The notes: a model not told the origin generated them from the letters alone. Shown: positions 1-10,290, counted from the first letter of the stretch. The stretch: DNA of 64,000 bases from an uncultured Chthonomonadaceae bacterium (GCA_963835065.1 CAWIEK010000046.1:32001-96000); one strand, 5' to 3'. Program-made: numbers and translations.

Positions 1-339
1 GCGAACCCGCGCCAGCAGTTCATCAAAGGCAAATGGCTTGACCAGATAATCGTCGGCTCCGGCTTCCAGCCCGCGTACCCTGTCTGAAACGGCATCGCGC
101 GCGGTCAGCATCAGGACGGGCAGAGGGTTACGCGCCCGCCGCAATTGCTCACAAAGCCGGCAGCCGTCCATATCCGGCAGCATTATATCGAGGATGAGCA
201 GCGCGTAGCCGCCATTGGCAGCCAGTTCCAGCCCTTCCGCGCCAGTGCCAGCCGAATCTACGCGATACGCGGCTTTCTGCAATCCGCGCCGTATCGCCTC
301 AGCAATGTCCTCTTCATCTTCAATCAGCAAGATTCGCAT
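1..339 (-). CDS. OmpR-family response regulator (N-terminal part; runs off window start)
   Basis: Manual translation from ATG at 339: MRILLIEDEEDIAEAIRRGL...LLILDIMLPDMDG...PVLMLTARDAVSDRVRGLEAGADDYLVKPFAFDELLARVR, with canonical receiver-domain motifs. Not in the ORF track. Confidence 0.93.
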   Translation of the reverse strand, partial: MRILLIEDEEDIAEAIRRGLQKAAYRVDSAGTGAEGLELAANGGYALLILDIMLPDMDGCRLCEQLRRARNPLPVLMLTARDAVSDRVRGLEAGADDYLVKPFAFDELLARVR

Positions 340-493
340 ACATCTATTATGAACGCGATTTCTGAAAAAATCCTGATAAGAGAGGAAGACGGAAGACGGA
401 AGACGGAAGACGGAATATAGGAAGCCTGAACACCGAACACCGAAATCCTGAATCTGGGAAGGACTGTTCCGCCTGCATGTCGAATCAAGAGCT

Positions 494-1402
494 ATGAACA
501 CGGAAATCGAACCTACCAATGATTTGCAGCAACTCCGCGCCCGGCATTTGATGGAAACGGACGAACTGGCCGCGCGCATGGGGCAGGACGCGAACCTGCG
601 TATTGTGGATATGCGCGGCTTTGTGCATACCAAAACCGACGCGGACGGCAGCCAAACCGCCGATTACGTGGGCGCGGCGGAAGCCTATGCCCAATCCCAC
701 ATTCCCGGCGCGATTTATCTGGACTGGACGCGCGACATTGTGGATTTGGACAATCCGGTTGCCGCGCAGCTTGCCCCGGCGGATAAAATCGCTGACGCGC
801 TGGGTCAGGCAGGCATCGGCAGTGACAGCCTGATTGTAGCTTACGACGCGCACCCGGCCATGCAGTTCGCCACGCGCCTGTGGTGGGCTTTGCGCGTTTA
901 TGGAAACACGAACGTCCGCGTTCTCAACGGCGGCTGGAACAAATGGACGCGCGAAAACCGCCCTGTAACGAGCGATGTTCCGCGCTACATTCCCGCCGTC
1001 TTTACGCCCGATCTTCAGCCCCCGTGGATTGCCACTGCGGAACGGGTCAACGACTGGATCGGCAATCCCGATGTAGTTCTGCTGGATGCCCGCGATGAGG
1101 GGCAGTTTACAGGCAAAATTCGGCGCGGCAAGCGGGGCGGCCATATTCCCGGCGCGCGCAATGTGCCGCGCGAAGCCCTGATTGCGCCCGATGGCACGTT
1201 CCAAACGGCTCCCGAACTGCTCAAAGTGCTGCACGGCGCGGGCGCGGCTCCCAACCGCCGCAATGTGGCGTACTGCAACGGCGGCGTGGCGGCAACATCG
1301 GTGCTGTTCGCGCTGTCCATGCTCGGCTACCCACGCCTGACCAACTACGATGGCTCCTGGAACGAATGGGCGGAGCGCGACGACTTGCCGGTAGAAAAGT
1401 AA
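494..1402 (+). CDS. Two-domain rhodanese / 3-mercaptopyruvate sulfurtransferase (SseA-like)
   Basis: HIPGA motifs in both domains, LNGGW, active-site loop YCNGGVAA, C-terminal YDGSWNEW. Confidence 0.93.
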   Translation: MNTEIEPTNDLQQLRARHLMETDELAARMGQDANLRIVDMRGFVHTKTDADGSQTADYVGAAEAYAQSHIPGAIYLDWTRDIVDLDNPVAAQLAPADKIADALGQAGIGSDSLIVAYDAHPAMQFATRLWWALRVYGNTNVRVLNGGWNKWTRENRPVTSDVPRYIPAVFTPDLQPPWIATAERVNDWIGNPDVVLLDARDEGQFTGKIRRGKRGGHIPGARNVPREALIAPDGTFQTAPELLKVLHGAGAAPNRRNVAYCNGGVAATSVLFALSMLGYPRLTNYDGSWNEWAERDDLPVEK

Positions 1403-1465
1403 ACCACGGAGAACACGGAGGGGAGGAGACTGTTTTTCTCCGTGTCCTCCGTGTTCTCCGTGGTT
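1402..1465. repeat. 9-mer-based intergenic palindrome (AACC-ACGGAGAAC... family)
   Basis: aaccacggagaacacggagg at 1402 is inverted as cctccgtgttctccgtggtt ending at 1465. Confidence 0.85.
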
Positions 1466-1487
1466 AATATTGGTTTTGGAGGTTGAT

Positions 1488-2372
1488 ATGGCGAATGGTG
1501 AAAAATTGCGTGGGTTGTTGACGGCGATATTGACGCCCTTAGATACGCGAGGCGAGTTGGCATTGGGGCATTTTGCCGCGCTGCTGGATTTTCAGCGCAA
1601 GGCGGGTGTGGATGGAGTGATTGTGTGCGGCACGAATGGGGAAGGCACGTCACTTTCCACAACGGAGCGGAAGCAGGCATTAGAAACCGCGCTGGAGCAT
1701 CGGGGCGGGCTGACGGTGGTGGCGGGGACGGGCGCGGCCAGCGTGACGGATGCGATAGAATTGACCCAACACGCGGCCAATGTGGGCGCGGACGCGGTTT
1801 TGGTACTGCCGCCGTTTTTCTTTAAGAACCCGGATGCGCGGGGCGTGGCGGAGTATTTCAAGCGCGTACTGGATGCCGCCGACATTCCCGTGCTGCTGTA
1901 CAACATTCCCCAACATTCCGCAGTCGTGATTACGGACGCGATTTTGGAACTGTTGATAGACCATCCCAATCTGGCGGGAATTAAAGACAGCGCGGGCAAT
2001 TGGGAGGATACGGAGCATTACATCACCACGTACCCGAACCTGCGCATTTTCGCGGGCAGTGACCGATTGGCGTATCAAAGTCATCTGCACGGCGCGGGCG
2101 GCATATCGGGCGGCGCGAACGCTTTTCCCGAAGTTTTGGCGGCAGTGCGCGACGCCTGTCAAAAGGGAGCCGCCGAAGGCGCGGAAGCGCAAACGCGCCT
2201 GAATACCCTGCTCGACATCACCACGCGCTACCCGTTCATTTCCACGAGCAAAAGCATTCTGGCGCATCGCGGCCTGCCCCGTCTTGGCGTCCGCCCGCCG
2301 CTCATGCCCTTGTCGGAAGAACAGGAACAAAATGTAATTGCAGAGTTGACAGCAGCAGGGTTCCTGCAATAA
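1488..2372 (+). CDS. Dihydrodipicolinate synthase (DapA/NAL) family aldolase
   Basis: GTNGE motif, LYNIP, Schiff-base IKDS; GGAGG RBS before ATG 1488. Confidence 0.9.
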   Translation: MANGEKLRGLLTAILTPLDTRGELALGHFAALLDFQRKAGVDGVIVCGTNGEGTSLSTTERKQALETALEHRGGLTVVAGTGAASVTDAIELTQHAANVGADAVLVLPPFFFKNPDARGVAEYFKRVLDAADIPVLLYNIPQHSAVVITDAILELLIDHPNLAGIKDSAGNWEDTEHYITTYPNLRIFAGSDRLAYQSHLHGAGGISGGANAFPEVLAAVRDACQKGAAEGAEAQTRLNTLLDITTRYPFISTSKSILAHRGLPRLGVRPPLMPLSEEQEQNVIAELTAAGFLQ

Positions 2373-2412
2373 TTTGTTCTCATACACAGTAGCGTAAATC
2401 AGATCGAAGGAA

Positions 2413-2629
2413 CCGGTATATAAAACGCTTGCAGTGAAATGGGAGGCCGGGTACCGACAAGAGCGTTCCGAGTGTTGAAAACACCTGGCAGGAAAGGGCA
2501 AGCGTCTTCCAGACGCAACTTCCAGAAAGCATAGGCGCGTCTGCAAGACGCTTGCTTTGTCCAGACAGGGGTTTTCAACCCCTGGCGACCATGTTGCGCC
2601 TATTTCACAGCAAGCGTTTTATATACCGG
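2413..2629. mobile_element. MITE/REPIN-like fold-back element
   Basis: 28-bp terminal inverted repeats (ccggtatataaaacgcttgcagtgaaat / atttcacagcaagcgttttatataccgg, 1 mismatch) enclose a second ~43-bp inverted pair related to the REP-like elements at 8043 and 42698. Confidence 0.7.
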
Positions 2630-2734
2630 GCCAGCGCACAGGGTCAAGGTTTGGTTGCTTTGTTCATAAGGAAAGGCTTGCAAGGTATTGGTAGTGTTAC
2701 TCGGGCGGTTAGTATTAGGCACATGGGGAGCGGC

Positions 2735-3964
2735 ATGAACGCGCCTGATCGGATCATTGTTCGTGGCGTGAAATGGCTTGGGGATGCCGTGATGACTATG
2801 CCTGCGTTGTGCCGCCTGCGTGAAGCGTTTCCTGACGCGCATCTTGCCGTCTTGTCGCCGCCAAAACTGGAAGAGTTGTACGCCTGCCAGCCTGTTGTAG
2901 ATGCTGTGCTGACGGCGGAAAAGAACGAGTCGGCGTGGGCACTTGCCGCCAAAATCCGCGCAGGCCGGTACGATACGGCGCTTATTTTCACCCACTCCGG
3001 GCGCACGGCGCTGCCGTTTCTGCTGGCGGGCGTTCCCCGGCGGATCGCGTATGGCGAACGAGGGCGGGCGTGGATGCTGACAGACGCGATGCAGCCCGAC
3101 TTTGCCATCAAAATACACCGTAGGCCAATCGCGGAAATCAAGCGTCTGACAGGTATGCCGAATGGAAGCGCAATAGGTACGGCACATACCGGAGCAGAAT
3201 TCCAGCCGAACTCCAACATGCCGAGTATGCCTGCCGCTGGTCGCCTGCGGTTGCCGTTTGCAAGACCTTACCGCCCGCACATCCATCACATTTACCACTA
3301 CCTGCGGCTGGCTGCCGTTGCGGGCGCGAACCCCGAACCTCTTGCGCCAACCCTCACTGTTTCGCAAGCGGACGCGCAAGCCGTTCGGCAGCGTTTTGGC
3401 CTGCCTTTGTCCGACATTCGCCGCCCGCTCATCGGCCTCAATCCCGGCGCGGAGTACGGACTGGCGAAACGCTGGCCTGAAGAGCGCTTTATTACAACGG
3501 CACGGCAGATGCAGGCGCATATTCCCTGCGATTGGGTCGTGCTGGGAGGCAAGGCGGATATGGAACTGGCCGCGCGGATTGCAAGCGCCATTCAGGACAA
3601 TGCCATGCCCACAAACGTATGGAATGTGGCCGGACGGACCAGCCTGCGCGAACTATGCGCCGTACTGTATACTTGCGATATGGTACTGAGCAACGACACC
3701 GGCCCGACGCATGTTGCCGCCGCCGTTGGTACGCCCGTCGTGGTTCCCTTCGGCAGCACATCTCCCGAAATTACCGGGCCGGGCCTGCCCAACGATCCGC
3801 GCCATCGCCTGCTGAAATCCGCTGCGCCCTGCGCCCCCTGCTTTCACCGCGTCTGCCCCATAGATTTCCGCTGCATGAACGGTATTACTGTCCCGCAAGT
3901 TGTGGACGCGCTGACAAGCCTGTATGCGCAGCAGAATTCAAGCAAGGTGGAGAGCCGAGTATGA
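2735..3964 (+). CDS. waaF: LPS heptosyltransferase II (GT9 family)
   Basis: WLGDAVM, LNPGAEYGLAKRWP, AGRTSL, SNDTGPTHVAAA, PFGSTSP, C-terminal CAPCFHRVCP; start chosen by GGGGAG RBS. Confidence 0.88.
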   Translation: MNAPDRIIVRGVKWLGDAVMTMPALCRLREAFPDAHLAVLSPPKLEELYACQPVVDAVLTAEKNESAWALAAKIRAGRYDTALIFTHSGRTALPFLLAGVPRRIAYGERGRAWMLTDAMQPDFAIKIHRRPIAEIKRLTGMPNGSAIGTAHTGAEFQPNSNMPSMPAAGRLRLPFARPYRPHIHHIYHYLRLAAVAGANPEPLAPTLTVSQADAQAVRQRFGLPLSDIRRPLIGLNPGAEYGLAKRWPEERFITTARQMQAHIPCDWVVLGGKADMELAARIASAIQDNAMPTNVWNVAGRTSLRELCAVLYTCDMVLSNDTGPTHVAAAVGTPVVVPFGSTSPEITGPGLPNDPRHRLLKSAAPCAPCFHRVCPIDFRCMNGITVPQVVDALTSLYAQQNSSKVESRV

Positions 3965-4986
3965 AGTTTTCTGTCTTCTGTCTTCTGTCTTCTTTTCTTC
4001 TATTAAGCGCAGGTTGTGGACGCAAGCAAGACCCGCCGGTGGAAATCACGGGCAAGGTCGCGCAGTTGTATCCAACCGGGTTGAACGCAAAGGGCGCGAT
4101 GGTCGGGAGCATCCGTTTCCCTGATTTGTACCCGTCCTTCCTTATCGTAAACGGGACGCAGCGCGAACTTGCCGTTCCTCCCGAAGCCGCATGGGTGTAT
4201 CCGCAGGGCATCAACGACTGCGGGCAAGTCGTTGGGTATGCAAGCCGCTCCGATAACCAATCGCGTCACGCCGTCACCTGGCAAAACGGGCGTCCGCTCT
4301 GGCTGGAAGATGGAAACGCTTTGAGCAGTGAGGCCACCGCCGTCAATAATCAGGGCGTTATTGTCGGCTTTCGCGTTACGGCTGACAGAATCACTCACGC
4401 CACGCAATGGCAAAACGGCAGGATGCAGGAAATCACAAGTACGCCGAATGTGCAATGGCGTCCTGTCGGCATCAACGCGCAGGGCGAAATCGTCGGCTGT
4501 GGAACGGACGCCGCAAACCGCCCGCATCTCTACCATTGGCGGCAAAACCACTTAACGGATTCAGGGAACGGCTATCACATCGCCCTGAACAATCGCAACC
4601 AAATCGCCGGGGATTACCTCACGCCCGACTTCCATCTCCACGCCTGCCTTTGGAACGGACAGCAGCGCAAAGAACTGCCCGTCCCGCCCGGAACCAATAA
4701 CAGCCGCGTGTTCGGCATCAACGACCGGGGGCAAATCGTAGGCAGCGCCAGTCTTCAGACTGCGCAACAGGACACCACCATCGGTACACCCCTTCCCCTA
4801 CTCTGGGACAAAGGCCACGCCCTCAACCTCAACTCCATTCGCCCTTCCAACGCCGAGTATACACTGGAAGAAGCCCTAGCCATCAACAACAACGGCCAAA
4901 TTGTCTGCACCGCAAGACAGGGCAAATGGGGCCGCGCGGCCCTCCTGACGCCAACTGCGAACGGGTGGCAAATTCAAGTCTACTGA
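3961..4986 (+). CDS. Lipoprotein with HAF-type extracellular repeats
   Basis: Lipobox LSAGC; repeated GINDxGQVVG...HAxxW units; ATG overlaps the waaF stop. Confidence 0.8.
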   Translation: MKFSVFCLLSSFLLLSAGCGRKQDPPVEITGKVAQLYPTGLNAKGAMVGSIRFPDLYPSFLIVNGTQRELAVPPEAAWVYPQGINDCGQVVGYASRSDNQSRHAVTWQNGRPLWLEDGNALSSEATAVNNQGVIVGFRVTADRITHATQWQNGRMQEITSTPNVQWRPVGINAQGEIVGCGTDAANRPHLYHWRQNHLTDSGNGYHIALNNRNQIAGDYLTPDFHLHACLWNGQQRKELPVPPGTNNSRVFGINDRGQIVGSASLQTAQQDTTIGTPLPLLWDKGHALNLNSIRPSNAEYTLEEALAINNNGQIVCTARQGKWGRAALLTPTANGWQIQVY

Positions 4987-5004
4987 CACCACAGGAACAG
5001 ATTG

Positions 5005-5224
5005 AACCACGGGGAACACGGGGAACACGGGGGAGAAGCGGGGGAGAAACAAACCGCTAAAAACGCGAAGCAAACGAAAAGAAGAACAAAATTTAAAACC
5101 TTAAATGCCCTTGCGTCTTTACTTCTTTGCCGTTCTATTTCGTATTTCTTTTTCGCTTATTTAGCGTATTTCGCGGTTTCTATATTCTTCCCCTCTCCTC
5201 CTGTTCCCCGTGTTCCCCGTGGTT
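5005..5224. repeat. Nested 9-mer palindromes between convergent genes
   Basis: Outer arms aaccacggggaacacggggaaca / tgttccccgtgttccccgtggtt; inner arms aaaccgctaaaaacgcgaa (~5051) / ttagcgtatttcgcggttt (~5179). Confidence 0.8.
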
Positions 5225-5915
5225 TCACTTCGGGCGCGGGCAGTTCAAACAGGCTGTCGGCATGGGCGCGGGCGTACCAGTCGCCGCCCATGCGCCCGAT
5301 GTAGTCTGCTTTGGTAGCGTCTATTTGATTGTCTTGCAGGATGCTTTCGGCGACATGGAAGCAGACGATTTCACCAATCACGTAATTGGCGGACAGGGGG
5401 CCGGGGCCGTGCGGGATGATCTGAAACAACTTACATTCCATCGCAATCACACATTCCGCCACCCGCGCCGGTTTTACTTTCAGGGAAGGAACGGGCGTAA
5501 ATCCAGCCGGATCCCATTCGCTGACGCCATACGGATACGCGGCGGAAGTCTGGTTCATTTGTTCCCGAATGGCATAACTGACCACGTTGATGACGTATTC
5601 GCCTGTCGCTTCCACATTGCGCAGGGTGTCTTTGGGAACGTTGTCGCGGGTGTTGGTGGGAGAAAACGCGACGGAAGGCGGGTTTGCGCCGCCCGCCATG
5701 AAGTAGCTGAACGGCGCGAGATTGGGAACGCCATCCGGTGAAAGCGAGGACACAAACGCAATCGGGCGCGGAGCGACGCTGTTGACAAGCAGGCGGTACA
5801 CGTCCGGCGCGGGCAGTTCGGCGGGATCGAAACTGCGAAAAGTTGCGGGTTGATAGTTGATAGTTGATAGTTCGGTTGCTTCTGCGTTGTTCGCGTCCTC
5901 ATTCCGGTGAGGCAT
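5157..5915 (-). CDS. Flavin reductase family protein (DIM6/NTAB-like)
   Basis: VAPRPIAFVSS, PNLAPFSYF, KDTLRN, GRMGGDWY motifs; C-terminus extends into the palindromic repeat. Confidence 0.9.
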   Translation of the reverse strand: MPHRNEDANNAEATELSTINYQPATFRSFDPAELPAPDVYRLLVNSVAPRPIAFVSSLSPDGVPNLAPFSYFMAGGANPPSVAFSPTNTRDNVPKDTLRNVEATGEYVINVVSYAIREQMNQTSAAYPYGVSEWDPAGFTPVPSLKVKPARVAECVIAMECKLFQIIPHGPGPLSANYVIGEIVCFHVAESILQDNQIDATKADYIGRMGGDWYARAHADSLFELPAPEVKPRGTRGTGGEGKNIETAKYAK

Positions 5916-5999
5916 GATAGATTACTCCTTTAGCTTCGATGCAAATGTGTCCGACAGTCAGATGCAAGATCATCTCAACACGGCGCAGTGGCCTATCAA

Positions 6000-7166
6000 C
6001 TATCCACTATCAACTTTCTTCCAGCTTTCCGGGTAATGATTGTCGTCTAATTGGGCGGCTTGTTGGGTCATTTTTAGCGGGCGGAAGGTGTCGAGCATGA
6101 CGGCGAGTTCTTCGGTGCGGGTGTGGCCTAAACTGGCTTCCACTGCGCCAGGCTGCGGGCCGTGCGGCAGGCCGGACGGGTGCAGGGTCATGGAGCCTTT
6201 TTCAATGCCGCGCCGACTGGCGAAGTTGCCGTTGACGTAATACAGCAGTTCGTCGCTGTCCAGATTGCTGTGGTTGTAGGGAATGGCGACGGCCTGCGGG
6301 TGGTAGTCCAGCATCCGGGGCACGAACGAGCAAACGACAAAATTATGCGCTTCAAACGTCTGATGCACAGGCGGCGGCTGGTGCAGTCGGCCTGTAATCG
6401 GCTCGAAGTCTGCGATATTGAACGCCCAGGGATACAAAAAGCCATCCCAACCGATCACATCCAGCGGGTGAAAATCGTAGAAATAAGCCGTCAGTCTGCC
6501 CCGCGCTTTGATTCGCACTTCATAGCGTCCCGGCGCGTCATGCGTTTCCAATGTTTCGGGGACGCGAATGTCGCGCTCGCAATAGGGGCTGTGTTCCAGC
6601 AGTTGCCCGTACTCGTTGCGGTAGCGGCGCGGTATCTCAATGGCGCTTGCGGACTCGATGACCAGCAGGCGCGTGGCCTCGCTTTCGGTAACCATGCGGT
6701 AAATCACGCCGCGCGGAATGATGAGGTAATCGCCTTCGTGGTAGGGCAGGGTTCCAAACAGGGTTTCCAGTCGCCCCTGCCCCTCGTGAACAAACAGCAG
6801 GTCGTCGCCGTCCGCGTTTTTGTAGAAATAGGGCATCGGTTCGGTCGGGCAGCAGATTCCAAGCGCAACGTCATCGTTGACGAGCAGGGGCGTTCTGCCG
6901 GAAACAGGATCGCCGGCTGGCGGAAAGTTTTGCGTTTTCAGGTGGCGGTGGCGCAGAGGTTCGTCGGGCAAGATTTCGGGGCGCAGGTCATGGAGCAGTT
7001 TATAATCGGCTACCTGCGTCGGCGGGTGCGCGTGGTAGAGGATGGACGCGATGCCCGAAAAGCCTTTGGTTCCGAAGACCTGCTCGGCGTAGAGCGAGCC
7101 GTCGGGCTGCCGAAATTGCGTATGGCGCTTAGGCGGGATTTGCCCCAATCGTACATAGCGTGGCAT
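6000..7166 (-). CDS. hmgA: Homogentisate 1,2-dioxygenase
   Basis: MPRYVRLGQIPPKRHTQFR start with AGGAG RBS; NADGDDLLF, PPPVHQTF, PYNHSNLDSDE, TLHPSGLPHGPQPG, ELAVMLDTF motifs. Confidence 0.93.
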   Translation of the reverse strand: MPRYVRLGQIPPKRHTQFRQPDGSLYAEQVFGTKGFSGIASILYHAHPPTQVADYKLLHDLRPEILPDEPLRHRHLKTQNFPPAGDPVSGRTPLLVNDDVALGICCPTEPMPYFYKNADGDDLLFVHEGQGRLETLFGTLPYHEGDYLIIPRGVIYRMVTESEATRLLVIESASAIEIPRRYRNEYGQLLEHSPYCERDIRVPETLETHDAPGRYEVRIKARGRLTAYFYDFHPLDVIGWDGFLYPWAFNIADFEPITGRLHQPPPVHQTFEAHNFVVCSFVPRMLDYHPQAVAIPYNHSNLDSDELLYYVNGNFASRRGIEKGSMTLHPSGLPHGPQPGAVEASLGHTRTEELAVMLDTFRPLKMTQQAAQLDDNHYPESWKKVDSG

Positions 7167-7997
7167 AAGTGTACTCCTCTTTACCAACAATGTGTTCATT
7201 TCATCGGGAAAGTGTTGGCACAGGAAGACGGCAAGCAGAACTGTCGGCAGGAACGAAAATAGAAGGACAGCGACCCATGCGCGGGTAACGTGCCATGAGC
7301 CGTCCCTGTCATAGCTTGCCCACGCGACCGTGTTCCATCCTCGCGTTGCCCCAATGGTGGTGTAGTAGGCTATCCCAATGAGACAGAAGCCCAACACAAA
7401 GGCCGTAAGAATGTGGGTGGCAAGGTTGGAAAGTTTGCTGTCCGCCATCTTGTCGGCAAAATCTGGGTCGTCTTCTCGCTTCGGCTTGATGTGTGCCTGC
7501 CGCGCGTCCATAAGCCGAAGCAACTCCTGCGCCGTATTATTCCCCGGTTCCCGCGCAAGAACCTGCTCCGCAAGGGTTCGCGCTCTGGCGTTGCGTCCAA
7601 GCGTGTAAAATCCATGCGCCTGCGTGAGCGGGGGAACATGCCGGTTGAGCCAACGGTCGGTTCTGTCAGCAACACGCAGTTTCGCGGCATACCTTTTCCG
7701 TAATTCGCCAAATTTGTCCAGAAGCCAGGCTAAAACAGACGCATTCAGCATTGCGCAGAGGGAAATGCCAATATATCCGGGTACGCGAACGGGGCCAATG
7801 CGCAAAATTGGTCCGTATGCGCCCTGCTTCCATCCCATGCGGCAGCAGTACACCGTCATCATTTCCAGCACAGCGACGGCGGCAACAATGGCGCGTTGCT
7901 GGTTCGGCGTTGCCCGCTCCCAACGTTCCCCAAGCCCTTCTGCAAGCCTGCGCAGCCATCTGCGGAACCGATTGTCTGTTGCTGTACTTGTTGCCAT
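7167..7997 (-). CDS. Hypothetical membrane protein with TPR-like segment, in frame with hmgA and lacking its own stop
   Basis: Several hydrophobic helices plus LAEQVLAREPGNNTAQELL; the ORF track shows a continuous 665-aa frame into hmgA. Confidence 0.5.
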
Positions 7998-8042
7998 TTT
8001 AGGTCAGCCAAATATACTGATTACGTTTGCTGTGAAATACTG

Positions 8043-8190
8043 GCCGGATACTGAAAGTACCCGGCAGGAAAGTACAAGCGTCCTGCGGACGCGGGAGTTT
8101 TTATGAAGAATTGTATCCGTAGGAATTTTCCTACAGAGGTGCGTCCGCAGGACGCTTGTTTTGTCCTGCCGGGTACTTTCAGTACCCGGC
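8043..8190. repeat. REP/REPIN-like doublet (gccgggtactgaaagtacccggc + gcgtcctgcggacgc family)
   Basis: Two inverted copies of hairpin-forming units; same family at 37398-37449 and 42698-42836. Confidence 0.85.
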
Positions 8191-8318
8191 ACAAACAGAA
8201 GAAGCCATCTTCACAGCAGGCGTTGATGACACCATCTTATCTGTTTATAGCCTCCCCTCTCCTAGCGCGTTGCGCGGCCAGGAGAGGGGCCGTGTCCACA
8301 AGTGGACGCCCGGTGAGG

Positions 8319-9242
8319 TCACGCCTCCAAATACCCTATTTCTTCCTCCGTCAGCGTCACTCCAATAGCGGGCAGGCTTGATTCCAATTCCTCAACGGTG
8401 CGCGGACCGAACAGCGCGAATACGGGAAACGGCTGATGCAGCACATACGCAAGCGCGATGTTGTTGGCCGTAACGCCGTGTTTTGCGCCGATTTCCTGCG
8501 CCCGTTTGAGCCGTTCCCAATTCTGGTCGCTGTAAAAGATACGCTCCACGTCCGCGCTCGTATGCACATCCGGCGCATAGCGCCCCGTGAAAAAGCCGCT
8601 GGCCTGCGCCGACCAGGGAAACAGGGGAAATTGGTGTTCCTTGTGCCACGCTTTGCCCGCTTCATCCAGTGTCACGCAGCCCGCCCACATCGGCCCGGAG
8701 GGAACCGCCAAGCTCAGATGCGGACTGCTGGCGACAAACGGCTTCAGCCCGTACATTCCGGCGTAGTTGTTGGCTTCCTGTATCCGTTCGGTTGTCCAGT
8801 TGCTGCCGCCGAACGCCCGGATTTTGCCCAATCGGTACTGCTCGTTCAAACACTCCACAATCGGGCCGACGGGCATATTCGGATCGTCGCGGTGCAGCAG
8901 GTACAGGTCAATGGTTTCGATTTGCAGCCGGTCCAGGCTCTCGGTCAGGTCGGCTAAAATGGCTTCCGGGTTGACGCGCGGGCCGCTGCTGTCATGGTGC
9001 GCTCCCTTGCCCAATACCGCCATCTTGTCCCGATTATTTCCTATGCGCAGCCAGTTGCCTACCGCCCGCTCGCTCTTGCCCCCGCCATAAATATGCGCCG
9101 TATCCAGGCACGTTCCCCCCGCCGCGACAAACGCATCCAGCAGCGAGTTCGTCACGTCCTGATTGTCTGGCGAACACGCCATCGTGCCCAAAACCAGTTC
9201 CGAAATCGGCTGTTCCAGCCCGTCTATCCGTCCGTGCTTCAT
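8319..9242 (-). CDS. Aldo/keto reductase
   Basis: LVLGT, LDTAHIYGGGKSE, IDLYLLHRDD, GKIRAFGGSNW. Confidence 0.93.
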   Translation of the reverse strand: MKHGRIDGLEQPISELVLGTMACSPDNQDVTNSLLDAFVAAGGTCLDTAHIYGGGKSERAVGNWLRIGNNRDKMAVLGKGAHHDSSGPRVNPEAILADLTESLDRLQIETIDLYLLHRDDPNMPVGPIVECLNEQYRLGKIRAFGGSNWTTERIQEANNYAGMYGLKPFVASSPHLSLAVPSGPMWAGCVTLDEAGKAWHKEHQFPLFPWSAQASGFFTGRYAPDVHTSADVERIFYSDQNWERLKRAQEIGAKHGVTANNIALAYVLHQPFPVFALFGPRTVEELESSLPAIGVTLTEEEIGYLEA

Positions 9243-9368
9243 ACGAACTCCTTAAACGTTTCATGTTCAAACTACGCGAATGTTAGGTTCTTCATTATGA
9301 CACGATTCCCGCCTGCAACGCAGCGCGACAGGAGGTATAGGAAAACTCTGATAGAAACCAAGGAGCCG

Positions 9369-9398
9369 TTGACAATCCGCTGGCTTTCTGCTCATAAT
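9369..9398 (+). promoter_or_regulatory. Putative sigma70 promoter for the Uma2 gene
   Basis: TTGACA-18 nt-CATAAT. Confidence 0.55.
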
Positions 9399-9483
9399 AC
9401 AATACGTAAAAAGACAGTGCTTTCTACAGAGCGGCGTCTGGCAGAGTGTGTATTGTCGTGAGCGAATAAAAAGGGCGTGGACA

Positions 9484-10143
9484 ATGAGCGCACAAACTAT
9501 ATTTCAAACCCCTGTGATTCCATTAGCAGACGAAGATACCGGCGAGATTCTGCGGCTTTGGACGCGAGAGGAGTTTCACCAGGCCGTAGACCTTGGCTGG
9601 TTCAACAATGAGAAGGTCGAACTTATACACGGAAAGGTTTACACAAAACGGCCCATGAAACCACTGCATACAATGGGTATTCGCGCCTGTGCCGAAACGC
9701 TGGCAGCCTTGTTTGGCACAGGTTTTGATGTACGGCAGCAGATGCCCGTTGTGTTGACGACGGATGGAGAACCGTTGCCGGATATACTGGTCGTTCCCGG
9801 TTCCTGGCGTGATTACGTTCAGCATCCCACACAGGCCGACGTTCTGCTAATTGTCGAAGTTTCCGATACAACCTTGTACATGGACCGCAACGAGAAGGCG
9901 GCGCTGTATGCCGAGGCAGGCATCCCCGATTATTGGCTGATGAACATGCAAAACCGCACTCTGGAAGTCCGCCGCGAACCTTCTGCCCTGCCCGGCGCCC
10001 CCTACGGCTTTGGCTACCGCGTCCTGACCGTTCATTCCGAGCAGGAGAAAGTGACGCCCCTTTCCCTCCCCAATGTTGAAATCCGCATATCCGACCTGCT
10101 GCCGCCTCCCTCCACATCTGCCCCAACACCCGCCGCGCCCTGA
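9484..10143 (+). CDS. Uma2 family (DUF820) restriction-endonuclease-fold protein
   Basis: VELIHG, EPLPDILVV, LIVEVSDTTLYMDRNEKAALYAEAGIPDYWL. Confidence 0.92.
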   Translation: MSAQTIFQTPVIPLADEDTGEILRLWTREEFHQAVDLGWFNNEKVELIHGKVYTKRPMKPLHTMGIRACAETLAALFGTGFDVRQQMPVVLTTDGEPLPDILVVPGSWRDYVQHPTQADVLLIVEVSDTTLYMDRNEKAALYAEAGIPDYWLMNMQNRTLEVRREPSALPGAPYGFGYRVLTVHSEQEKVTPLSLPNVEIRISDLLPPPSTSAPTPAAP

Positions 10144-10169
10144 ACTCAGCAACGTTCAAAGAAGAGGCC

Positions 10170-10290
10170 GTAGGGGCGCAATTTATTGCGCCCTCTCTCG
10201 TTATTGCGCCCTCTCTCGTTATTGCGCCCTCTCTCGTTATTGCGCCCTCTCTGAAGTAGGAACTGCGGGCGCGATAAATCGCTCCCCTAC
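10170..10290. repeat. GTAG-type REP pair with internal 18-bp tandem amplification
   Basis: gtaggggcgcaatttattgcgccc ... gggcgcgataaatcgctcccctac; ttattgcgccctctctcg repeated ~4 times at 10183-10251. Confidence 0.85.

Noticed and set aside
145..420. 91-aa plus-strand ORF
   Set aside because: It is antisense to the clear response regulator on the minus strand.
10183..10251. 18-bp tandem repeat as mini-CRISPR or as coding REGAIT repeats (ORF 9623-10333)
   Set aside because: No spacers are present. It is a slippage amplification of one REP arm, and the ORF is antisense to the Uma2 gene.
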